Source: Utricularia gibba (lineage: Eukaryota > Plantae > Magnoliophyta). From it: a DNA stretch of 64,000 nucleotides. Every line of letters starts with the position of its first letter. The stretch's first letter is position 1. Shown in pieces: positions 12,002 to 23,364 of this stretch. The notes under the pieces are model-generated. The model made no database searches and had not been told where the DNA came from. It was given only the letters and a program-made list of their open reading frames with translations. The stretch is from NCBI GenBank assembly GCA_002189035.1, contig NEEC01000018.1, forward strand, positions 1,240,001 to 1,304,000, given 5' to 3'. Both the position numbers and the translations under genes were made by a program.

Positions 12002-13252
12002 TTAAAAGGGGACGACGTCGGTTACTGCGAAATCATCGGAATTGACGATGGTGTGATTGGGTAAGGAGGTCCGCAGTAACTTGAGCAGCATTTGCGCCTT
12101 CCGTTTTGCGCGCTCCGTGCAATCGCTCTGGACGAGGAGGAGGAGCTGAGTCATCACGCCGGCAGTGACGGCCTCGAGCTGAGCTCGTTCCGAAGCCGAA
12201 CAGAGAGATAGGAGAGCACCGGCTGCGTATTCTGTTGCCCGATCTGAGATCTTGAGTATGATTTTTACAAGGAGAGGAACGGTGAGTGCGTGGGAGGAGA
12301 AGGCCGCGCAACCGGCCGGAATTCGGCAGAGGAGCTCCACCGTCGCCAGAGCTCTCTCGGCGTCGCATTTCTCGAACACGGCCAGGCGGTTGATTAGTGG
12401 CTCCACCGAACCGGCGGCGACCGCCAAGTGGCGGTGCTGCTTCACCAAACATAAAGCGAATAGCGCCTTGATTCCGATTTTCAATGCGCGGGGATAAGCC
12501 AGAGGATAATTTAAAATCCCGACTATGCCTTCAAAAATGCCTTCGACGCTACTTATCTGGGCTCGTAGGTCCGGCGATCGTATTCCCGCCGCTACAATTT
12601 CAATCACCGCCGCGGAGTTGACTCGGACATCAATTGATGGATGGAACAGTAGATCCACAAAAAACCTGACCCTGTCAAGGTCCGAGGCAACATACGCACA
12701 CTCCGATTCGGTGAGTGCGAGCATCGAGAGAATAGATAGGGCTTCGAGATGCAAATCAGACAGGGGTTGCGAACCGACACCCGCGAAAAGGATCGATAGC
12801 AAAATCTGGCGTGCGTTCGTCGCAGATAGAACGTTTCGGTTCTTCTCCGAATCACGGGCCAATCCGCCAAGCCTTCTCAACGCTGCTACTCTCAAACCTA
12901 AGGATCCTGAACCTGAAGAAACTTGATTCAACAGATTTTGTATCAAAATTGGATCCGCTGGTTGCTTTGGAGTGGGTATGCGCTCGACTCCGAAGGAATG
13001 ATTTGCGACGCACCACTCCTGGATAAGCCGCCGGAGAGTATGGTTAGGAATCAGCGTGAAGTCTGTCAGCGGCGCTCGAGTGACCGGGCACGTTGTGTTT
13101 CCGGTGGCTACCCATGATTCTATGCTGGAGCGGTCGTACGTCTGACCGGTACAAACGGTCACGGGGTCACGCATCAGCTCTAGAGAAATTGGGCACCGGA
13201 AATGATACGGGATCTGCACGCCTACGTCCAGCGGCTCTAAACTTCCAGGCAT
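12002..13252 (-). CDS. PUB26: U-box/ARM E3 ubiquitin ligase (PUB25/26-like), intronless, 416 aa
   Basis: MPGSLEPLDVGVQIPYHFRCPISLELMRDPVTVCTGQTYDRSSIESW...TLIPNHTLRRLIQEWC U-box, ARM-like region, C-terminal SDCTERAKRKAQMLLKLLR...DVVPF. True ATG at 13252. Confidence 0.93.
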   Translation of the reverse strand: MPGSLEPLDVGVQIPYHFRCPISLELMRDPVTVCTGQTYDRSSIESWVATGNTTCPVTRAPLTDFTLIPNHTLRRLIQEWCVANHSFGVERIPTPKQPADPILIQNLLNQVSSGSGSLGLRVAALRRLGGLARDSEKNRNVLSATNARQILLSILFAGVGSQPLSDLHLEALSILSMLALTESECAYVASDLDRVRFFVDLLFHPSIDVRVNSAAVIEIVAAGIRSPDLRAQISSVEGIFEGIVGILNYPLAYPRALKIGIKALFALCLVKQHRHLAVAAGSVEPLINRLAVFEKCDAERALATVELLCRIPAGCAAFSSHALTVPLLVKIILKISDRATEYAAGALLSLCSASERAQLEAVTAGVMTQLLLLVQSDCTERAKRKAQMLLKLLRTSLPNHTIVNSDDFAVTDVVPF

Positions 13253-16200
13253 GTTCTCTAACCTGTCTGTTCTTTCTTCCTCCGGCTTCAATTTAACGAT
13301 GCTCTTCGGAACTCCCAATTCACACAAGTGGAAAGAGCTATAGCCAACGAGAGAAGAGAGGGGAATAGGTATGCTACTAATCTCAGAAACCACTGAAAGT
13401 TTTCTTTGATTGTGTTGGGGAAGAGATGGGGATATACAAATACAAATATTGTATATGGGAACAGAGAGATACTTCTCTGCGTTTTTATTCTGACCGATTT
13501 GTACCTTGTTCACCGATCACCCCTAATGTCTAGTCGGACACACGTGTGGTTTATTAACACCGCGATATGGTTAGAGTCTTACCGTAGTTGAGAGATTGGG
13601 TTAAGTGGGGTTTTCGGTCAAAGAGAATGAGGGGGGACCTCTTTTCTGGAGGATGACACTGTGGGACTGGCGACCGCCACCGGAGACTGCCGAGTCTCTC
13701 TCCCTCAGGTTCACATATCTCGGGATAGATAAATCAAATGGTCCTTATTCTCGGTTTTATCATTTTTTTGGTTGCTGTGGATGGTACTTCGGCTATTCCC
13801 CTAGCCCTATTCTTTCGCATGTAACTCATGGTGGCCGTAAATATTGTATTCATAGATTAGTAATGGTGTTGGAGTATCTATCATATGTTGGGCACAGCAT
13901 GATCATTCCATGGACTTGCTTTCAAAATATATCTCCGATATCTTTGACTAGTATGATTCCATAGTATGATGTATGCTCCCACCGCCAATTAATGCAGAGT
14001 GCGAATGCTGATTCTTAGTACACTTAAATTTGTTCAGGTGCCGTTTTATGGAAGTAAACTCATTTGGTCTCAAGTTTACTTAGTTACTATTTTGCTCTCG
14101 CATTAACCAGCTATCTCTGTAGATTCTGTTGGTAGAGCATTTTGTTTTTTTTTCCCTATAGAAGAATCGCCAGCCTTTGCTCATTTTTTTCTCCCTTTGA
14201 CCGTAGACTGTGTTCCTGTCTGGTCTATGAGCATCTTTCTGTACATATTGAATGCGTATGAATAATTTTGGCTTGATCAGCCAGGTCTGTTTCGAAGAAG
14301 AACCTGCATATACTTACAAGGGTCACATATTTACTTACCAAAAATGAGGCTTCTGTGAGGTGAGCACTAGCTGGCGAGGTCCCCAAACCTCAGAAACATG
14401 GATGACTGATAGAAACTAGACCTTGCTTTTCGTAGGGACAATTATGCTCCTTGATGTTGTTCAGGCAACTTTCGTTTGCATCTTTAAATGCATCAAATTA
14501 CAAACAAGCCGACCTGGTAGCTGCCTATCCTGAATTTAACTTTGCAATGGACCATTTTTTTATGGAGTGATTCAGTTTCACTTTTATGTTCTACAGAGAA
14601 GTATTAAACCAGCACGAGGTCTGGAGCCGTGTGCTACAGAAAATGACCTATTTGCTGTGTGTAGGTTCGTTCCCCTTCTCCTCTGCTAGGTCAACATGTG
14701 CTGTAGAAAACAGGGGAAGGCAACAAAAGTGCAATAGTTGAGCAGTAGCCGTTCCTTTTATGACTTATCACATTGATTAGGTTGTTTGCATGAACTTGGA
14801 GCCTGCCAAATGCAGTGGAAATGCACCGGTTGACCAGAGATGAGAAATTAAAACAGCGCTACTTTCTACCTCTCAGTTGGATTCCATACAAATTCAGAGA
14901 GGTATTCAATTGGTATTGACCACTCTTGAGTGAATGAATGGTTAGTCTTCAGTCAGTCAGTCAAGGGGTTCGCCCCCACAGATAATTTCCTCCCATTTGC
15001 CCCCTCATTGAATGGTTTCTTGTCTTATTGTTTGTCAAAGTCAAGAAATAGTGTATTATCATTATTAGATCATAACAGTATTATTATAATGTCCAGCCAG
15101 GATGTTTGCTACAGAAGAAAAGGCGTAAGTGACAAAGGAGCAGCGAACAAATGAAAGACAGACCCCCCTCTTGATCGTTCTGCGTGGGGTCCGGATGTGG
15201 TGGGCGCGCCCACATCGGTAATGGTAGGTCAAGGGTCAAAGATGAGCACAGAAATGCGCGGGGGACAGCCTGCCAAGTGCCTTTCTCTCTTACTTTTCAA
15301 ATTTTCTTCATTTTCCTTGTCCAATTCAACTTTGGCAATTGGCATACATCCACGTCTTCCTCTATCTATTCCACTATTCCTACAGACCCACCACCCTTTT
15401 CGCTATCCCTCTCTATTTTTTTATTAACATCAACACTGGACTAGCTCGGAACCTGCTGCCCACTGTTACTTTTTATTGAATGGGTTCTCTTTAATCAATG
15501 AAAAGTTCTCTTGCAGACATGAGTAGGAGGAGCCAAATTAAAGCTGCTGGAGCGGGAGAAGAGGAAAACAGACAGACCACTAGCAAGAGAGGGGGGAGAC
15601 TGGAGAGATTCCGGTTGCCAGTAGCTGTCTGTCTAAATGAATTGAATTCAATTCCACCACACCCCAAATCAGATGGTCAGACGGGAATCTCTCTATCCAT
15701 TTCACCTTTTTTCTCGAGCTTCGTTTTGACCCTAAATGCTCATGATGTCTATCTTTCCAACCTGATTACACTACACCTAAACTTTGTTACATTAAAAGTC
15801 GTGTTGTGTATAGCGTGGCATGTTGATCCCGTTGTCGTGTTATTTGGTGTTGTGCAGATGGAAGGACATGAAGATCGTGGAGGGGAGGAGATGATAGCGC
15901 CGCGTGGTGCTGCGGGCGGGTGTCTGCAGTCAAGCAGGCAGCGCCTGGCCCCGAGTAACGTGACTAGCGAAAAAACAAGGGGCGTGCAGTTGTTCCCTCT
16001 CTCGGCTCGTGGCGTGTAGGGTCTTGTCCCCCCTTCCACGAGCGTCCACTCATCCCAGCCAAGGTAACTATCCCCTCCATTACTCTTTTTATTTTTTATT
16101 TTTTAAATCTTGCAAATACCCTACGTGTGTCTTCCCCCAGTAATAAATACATGTCTGCGCCTCCTTTATTTATTAATTGCCAAGCAGATTTTATTTGGTT

Positions 16201-17969
16201 CTGAAATTTGAAAAAAAAAACGAAAAAAAGACCTTATTTCTTCTCCTGTGGTTACAAGTTACAACATCATGCATCACGCTAGAAAGTAGACGTGGACTTT
16301 CCTGATTTTGAAAATTAAAAATGTAGAACTCGTAATTTACAAAGGGGTCTGCTAATTTGACTTAAATCAACGTTTAGCATGCGGTTCACTTTTCCTATGG
16401 AATGTGCGTGACATTGTTAGCTGTGTTGATACAATAGGAGCATCAAAACCTTTCCCATATACCTGATTATCAGATGTTTTAGATCATATGTTTGATTGAT
16501 TACTTCCAGAATTCATTTGATCTATCACAAAAGGAAACTCTTTTTCATAAACAACTTCTAATAGACACAAGACCATGAAATCATGTTAGTTACTGTAACT
16601 CCCCATCTTCTGAGTAAGTTTAGAAAAGTTTATTAACTGGATGTGGTTTTTCAGGGTTGGATTTGCATCGTCATGAAAATTGCAATAACTTTATCTCTAG
16701 ATTCAGCTTTAAGATTTTGATTTGGTTTTGCAGTCGTAAATTGTTCATTTGTGTCTTCTTTCCTACCGTGCGAAGCCTTAGGGTGGTTTTGTAAAGTATA
16801 TTGTGTGCGGGTGATAGGCACTAATCATGAATCCGAACGCGGATTGGAATGTGGCCATTGGGGCGTGTGGGGTGGGTGGGTGGGTGGATGGGTATCCCGC
16901 TGTTTGGAGTCGGTCTAGAGAATGGTGAACTGGCCTTGGGCCTCATCTTGTCCTCTTGGTGTCGCCCCAGTTGGCACACACATTCCATTCCTCCCTCTCT
17001 TTTTGTTTCCCCTTCTCATCAATTATTGTGTTAGCAGTGTTAGGACTGTGCGGAATCATTAGTTTAATGCTTTGCTTTCTATCTTCTCACTGTTGGCTAC
17101 ACGAACACGCCACAACGTGACGTGTCTTCGTCGTGGCCTTATGAACCGTGATACTTTTTAATATCATAGTGAGCAGTGGGCCAGTAGCGTGTCTATTTTT
17201 TTGTTTGGAGGGGTAACCAACGAGGCCCAGGGTTTGAATTCATAGGCAAAGTTTACATGGGCCGAGAGGGTGGGTTCTTCCCCCCCTGCTTCGAGCGAAG
17301 CCCATGAAAAATGGACCTGTTTATTCTTGGGCCTCATCAAGTGTGGCCTAGACGCTAGGTCATTTGATAGGATGTAAAAAATTTATTTATGTTCAATAAT
17401 GGTTGTTAATCGTGTGTTTGTAAACAATAATATGTAATACTTAAAATAAAATATTCAATCATTTTTTTATTTAATCTCATATTTGTGATGAAACATAAAT
17501 TCATTTATTATGTTATTTAGTAATTAGTGTATTCTAAAGTATTATTTTCCTTATTATTTTAAAAGAATTCCAATTATATAAATTTAATTATAAAACTTTT
17601 TATAAAACATGTTATAAATAATTTTTCATAAAATAACACTTTAGTCTTTTCAAAACACATGAATATTTTTGAAATCATTCATTTTTGTGTGAATTGATCC
17701 AAATCTTACTTAATATCGAACAAATTAAAATCTCATACAAAACTAATCATAGTTCTAATCTCTGATACATCATGCATGCTAAAGGACCAAGGATAAGGAG
17801 GCATTGGTACAAAATCCAGCATGAATAAAACCTGTGCTGTTGAGCGCCAACTCCCTAACTCGGCCTTGGAAATAAAAGAAGACCACTCAATACAACCTGA
17901 AACTACTTACCATCAAACTGCATTGAAAAATTATTCACTTTCACCTGAGGAGTTGGAAGCGTAAATTCC

Positions 17970-18808
17970 CTAAGAAGCCAGAATTCTTTCGATGGCGTTG
18001 ACGTAGAAGCTTTTGGGCATGGTGCCGAGAATGGAGTCGCGTTTCTCGCCATCCTTGAACAGCAGCACCATCGGCACAGCCTTGACATCGCAGCTGTCGG
18101 CAAGTTGGAAGTCCCTGTCTGCATCAATCACAAAGCAGTTCAGCCTCCCCGCGTACTCCGTCGCGATCTCATCGATCAGTCGATGGACCATGCGGCATGG
18201 GCCACACCAACCGGTGTAGAACTCCACCAGAACCGGAGACTTGCTGTCTATCACCAGTTTCTCCCATGTCTTTCCCGTGACTGGTGAAGCTGCAGCAGAA
18301 AATGGAGTGAGTGGCATTCATGTTAGAGCACAAAAGATGATGATGCATGATCATCACAATTGGCGCTTTAGAACAGGAAATGATGACAAAGGATCGATGT
18401 GGGATACGCCCCAAACAGTCAGATTTCACAAACGATGATGACAAAGGAACTGGTTAATCATAATACAAGAAAGAGAGCTGTCCAATGATGTGATCGCCAC
18501 ATAATCAGTCCTGATTTAAAGAAGAGATGCCCCGAGGCAACCGACAGTACGGATTAGGGATCCAGCGATCCCTAGAAATAATCGAAAGGAGAGATGGTTA
18601 CCAGAATTGACTCACTTTTGTGATCCCCAAGGCAGGATACCAGAACCGATGCTCTGGCGGTGTGGAGCCTCTTGCCCGCCGGAAACGGGACCTGGAATCC
18701 GGGGGCCCTCCGCTGTAGATCCAACGCATTCTGTGACACACCGTAATACAACCGCTGCTTAACACACGGAAGCGAAATGGAAGCTGCGAAGCCACATGAA
18801 GCAGCCAT
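17970..18808 (-). CDS. TRX-M3: Plastid thioredoxin m3, 2 exons (18808-18616, 18289-17970)
   Basis: Transit-peptide-like exon 1. Exon 2 [20 protein letters not shown]...[35 protein letters not shown] has the WCGPC active site and m3-specific context. Confidence 0.9.
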
Positions 18809-19259
18809 CTTTCACACCTGCAAAGGATCGGAATCAAGAATCCATTTTCCTGCTGCGTTCATACAGCAAGAAAAAAAAAGAAAGGTTTGTTGCGGTACCT
18901 GTAGCCTGCTGATAAACGTGGAAATAGGAGCAGTTTTGATGGCGATGCCGCTACCTTAGGCTTACTTAATACTCCCACATCCCATTAAATGGGCTTAAAC
19001 TACAGTTATCAATATAATTAAAAAAGGGCTAAATCAATGATCAGAGCCGGTTCAGAAAATGACCAGTCGGACCGGAACGGTTCGGGTCCAAGTAACAACA
19101 ATGCAATTCTTCAGCAAGACCATTCACGCATCAAAAGGACACCATACGGTTCGTGTTCATCAGATAGTCAAGAGAAAGAGGTCGAACCTTGATGTTCTTC
19201 TATGGCGGCGTTACTTCTTCCATGTTCTTTTTCAATCAGTCTCCGAGTGCAACGGGTGC

Positions 19260-20338
19260 CTTGGCATCGCAAGCTCACATTCTGAAGGGTACCGTTTTGC
19301 CGAAGCAACAAGACATTCCTGGTATCCGCAGGGTCGATGACTCCATCGTCCCAAAACCTTGCTGTGGAGTAATATGGGCAGGCTTCTTGATCGATGATCT
19401 GGTACCTGAACTCCAGATTTTTTTCTTGTTGGCATAGCAAATCAGCACCACGCCTCATCCATCTGGCTTCAAGGAAGAAAGCCTCTGTATATGATGTCAC
19501 TGATCTACGAAACTCTTAGTACCATGACTCATCCTGCCTCAACAAAAAAAATCAGCCCGGGAATATAAGCACCATCAGCAGCACAAGAACTAGAACCAAC
19601 TCTATCTGTGGAATGCCTTCAGTAGGCATCTGAGATTGCTTGTAAAAAATTCTGCTGAAGTTTTCTTTGTCAGGAAAGACCTCAACGTGCTTTGGATATC
19701 AACAAGGTACATGCAAGGAGATTTGCATTGAGAAACAAATTCTTGTGCTCCGAGATGCCTTGGTAGTAATAGGATAGTAGGTTCCACCCTTCACTGTAGG
19801 ATCATTAGCAACAAACATACAGAGTTTCCCATGAATCGGTCCAATGCCAGTGATTACTCCATCTGACGGCATTGGATCATGTATAGTTCATAGCCAGCGA
19901 ACTAAGTTCAGAAAAGCAGGAAATCACACACTAAGCATAATATAACAAAGGACGCCATTGCAGAAAAGTGTTTTACTAGCACATAATCCTATGCACAATC
20001 CGAAGTTCATCAAGCATACAAACTTAAAAATATTGACAAGTGCAAATCTGAGAAAGCTCAAGAAACGAAGATCCAAGATCAATCAACGATCAATTGTTTA
20101 CCTAAGAGGAAACTTATTCCATCTTCTGTTCCGATTCTCCACCTCTCTTCATCACCTGCTGAATGTGAGACTGAAGCTGAGCGATGAGTCCTTCTACAGC
20201 TTCAGAGTTGCGAAGAAGGCTTCGGAGCTCCGAAAAGACCGTATTGGGAAGGACACTGAAACAAAAAAATCTGAAAAAAGTGTTCGGCTCGGAGCAGTCG
20301 GCGATATCCTCCTCGCCGCTCGCCGAACACGGCAGCAT
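19260..20338 (-). pseudogene. MCCB: Methylcrotonoyl-CoA carboxylase beta subunit pseudogene with internal deletion
   Basis: Recognisable pieces across shifting frames: FCFSVLP..RNSEAVEGLIAQLQSHIQQV; IDR*..DLGSSFLELSQ; [45 protein letters not shown]; HLGAQE..CMYLVD; FPDKENFSRIFY..EGIPQI; SCAADGAYIP. These join almost directly to C-terminal [20 protein letters not shown]. There are stops, several frameshifts, and the donor after LELSQ reads AT instead of GT (20047-20046). Confidence 0.9.
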
Positions 20339-21125
20339 TTCGGAGTGTGGCTTCCCGATCAGATAGCAACCCAGCGACGTCGTTTATCGTAGCGATCCGG
20401 GTCTCTACTATTGGGCCGATCGCCTGTTGGGGCCCATCCAACACATGCCCATTACTTGGGACTATTTCAGAAAAAGGCTCTGAGATTTTTTTTTCACAAA
20501 TAAATATACTTTTTATTATTTTTTACATTAGACATTTAATTCTGAATAAATTTATATATCTCTCATACAATTATTCAAAATATTAAAAATAAATTATCAG
20601 TTCACTTTAATTTAAATTATTAAATATATTAATATCTCTTATTCATATTTATTAATAATCCATAAATTATATCTTATTCAAAAATATTGAATATTATATT
20701 TATTTAAAAAAATTATCATTTTTTTCGATTTTAAATAGTTCATAGTAACATATGAAATAAATTTCATAGTCTTTTTGACTTTTATTGACGTTCTTTATGT
20801 AATATTTTATAAAATTTCTTTTGATTTACATAAATATAAATTATAAATTATTTTCGTAATATAAAAATGTATCCAAAAGAAATAGAAACTATTTCCCCAC
20901 ATGGATGCAGAAGCACGCGCGGCTTACGAAAATATCTGGCTTCGATTGGAGATGCAACGTCCAGATATTTTTCTTTTGTTCATCAATCCAACATCGTACA
21001 CGTCCTTTTTGACACGTGTAAAAAGGTCTTTTATGTGGATGCTTCATCTAGTTTCTCCCGCTTTCCTTCTTCTTCTGGTTTTTCTACGCTTGTTCTGTAT
21101 ATTTTCTCTTGCGATTTGCAGTTGG

Positions 21126-22312
21126 ATGGAAGGAGAACGCCGCAGTATGATCCTCTCTCCGCCTCCAAGGTCGGAGGGCCAAGAGACGAGTATTTCAGCA
21201 TCAGATTCGTCGTCGGTTGCAGGTGTAAATTGCGAAGAAATATTTCCTTTCTCCGGGGATGTGATGCTGGTAATTCCTCTTTTTAACCTCGATTTTTTGT
21301 TGCAATAACTAGTTGTGATCTCGTTCGGTTAACTGAGAGGAAAATGGGGAGTTCTTGAGAATTAGGTGTTTTTTCGTCGTCTGATAATTCCCATCCTTGT
21401 CGCATGATTGCTGAGACTTCAGTTTCTTTTCCTAATTGTTTGGTGAGGTGGTAGATGAGGAGGATTCCCTATAAAGAGATCTTGATGTAAAAAGGATGAT
21501 GTTTCCGGATTTCTCATTTTTTGTCTGCAGAATACTGGAGGAACTTGGACAGATGAGAAGCACAGCATGTACCTGAATCAATTGGAACTTTCATTTGTCA
21601 GGAAGCTCCATGAAACAAAATGTTTGCGTAGTCCCCCTCAGATGACCGATCCATGTCCAGAAAGTGTTGGATAAATGACGCGTCTTCCTATGAGGTTGGC
21701 AACATTCTCTCTATCTATTGGTAAACCTCTGAAGTTATGGAAAATAGCTTGTCTTTTTGTCTACAATTTTGGAGTTCAGAGTTTAGTCTCTGCTTTTTAT
21801 TGCAGAAGGGTTGTCAACGAGACATCAACACTTCAAAGGGAAAACCCTTATCCAGTGTTTCAGTATACAAAAGCAAGTATATGGCAATGCACACGACATC
21901 CGTATCGAAGCCTCTGGGATATGAGAGCCATTGTCACAGGACAAAGCATGCACACAGAGTTGCATCTCTTGGATCAGCCACAGGTTGGAATTTTGCATTT
22001 TAGAATTCACTTATTCCGATCAACCATACTCTAACTCGATTCACATTTTTTAATGAGAAAATGCTTCAAATCTATAACCTCTCTTGCAGAGGGTACAGGG
22101 CAGAACTTTTTTACGGAAAACAACAGAAGTGGATACAGTTCCGGGGTTGGGGCTCGAGGATACCCGAGAGCTTTAGCTGAGAATCAAGTAAGTTTTCTGT
22201 AATATTCTCAATCCAAAAGCCGCGCTCTTTCTACAAATCACATTGTTACACTCACACTATTCCTTTGTTCCAGAATTTGCCCTCCTTCATGTGTTCTGAA
22301 TCAGAGCTCTAA
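21126..22312 (+). CDS. Cold-regulated protein COR27/COR28-like; 3' exon structure uncertain
   Basis: Exon from 21531 gives TWTDEKHSMYLNQLELSFVRKLH (family WTDEKH motif). A later exon gives EGTGQNF (family xxxDQNF motif). Probable exons start at 21126, 21531, 21780, 22091 and 22274. Confidence 0.7.
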
Positions 22313-22666
22313 CTGATCAATGAATGCAGAACTACCAAAGCCTGCTAAGTTCTCCTCAGTTGTTCAAAAGCAGGAGAGTTCCGGCAATCTTGGTGAGAGT
22401 ACACATATGCACGTACATATAGCCTGTAGAGTTTTTGGTGTCTTGTTTATTGAACCTTGCAGTTTGACACGAAAACTGCAAACATGACTAATCAATCGAG
22501 TGTAACTTCACAATTCCAATGCACTATTGATGATATAATAGTATGACTGTTGCACCATGTGAATGTTTGATTGGTTTAAGCGCATATTAAGTTCATCTCT
22601 AGTTTTTTTTCATATAAACTAATCGTCTAATTCATATTTTAATTAAAATAGTATCTGATCCTAAAG

Positions 22667-22898
22667 TAATATTCTGAAAAAATTTTAAAACATATTTCTA
22701 TTTTTTAAAAATAAAAATAGTTTTATTTTAGAACATTTTTAATTATAAAAGTAATTCTATCAAAAATAATTTTAAAATTATAACTACAAAAGTTATTTTT
22801 AGAAAAATAATGAGTTATTTATTTTTATTTTTTATTTTTATTTTTTAAAAATAATTTTGAAAAGTAAAAATAAGTTTTAAAAATTTTTAAGAACACTG
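22667..22898. mobile_element. MITE-like element, family A copy 2
   Basis: Same core (aaaagtaattctatcaaaa, aaaaatagttttatt) as copy 1. Ends gaacactg, the reverse complement of the cagtgtt start of copy 1. Confidence 0.65.
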
Positions 22899-23364
22899 TT
22901 TAATTTTTTTGTTTGATACTGTTTTTATGTTTTTAACTACAGTGTACCAAAATTAAAAAAAAAAGATTTGTTGAAGGTTCAAGGTCAAAATGGGAGGTCC
23001 ATTTTTCTCACATGCTGTATCTGAAGCATATGACCCAAATTGCATAACTTGATTCTTCATCGCTCGCTTGCGTTTCCCTACCTACATGCTGATTCCCGTG
23101 GGTTAGCTTCCTACAGGTAGGCGTTAATACTGGGAAGAATACAGATGAACTGGAGGAGAACACAAGGCATGGAGTGCGAAATGAAGGGTTTGGTGTTGAG
23201 GTTGTTGGGAGAGGGTTGACAAAACCACAGCAAACCCTTTTCTTGTCTTCGTGTGTTGGAACCATGCCCTCCTTGCGAGAGATGGGGCTCTTCCCTAACG
23301 ATTTGTCTAAGCTCTCGTTCTTCTCTTCTCAATTTTGATTTTCGCGGCGGTTATTTCCGAGTTC

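Noticed and set aside
12033-13296. Many long antisense or alternate-frame ORFs over GC-rich exons (also over RPS16, ERF, CXE and SWI3D)
   Set aside because: Shadow ORFs of real coding sequence.
13253-13513. 87-aa N-terminal extension of the U-box protein
   Set aside because: Non-ATG start and UTR-like composition; the family starts at MPGSLEPL.
15209-15217. snRNA USE-like CCCACATCG
   Set aside because: No correctly spaced TATA box and no snRNA sequence downstream.
16056-16064. miR169-like seed cagccaagg
   Set aside because: Diverges after 9 nt and has no hairpin.
23008-23332. Possible remnant of the syntenically expected ABF bZIP gene
   Set aside because: No ABF conserved motifs or basic region in any frame.
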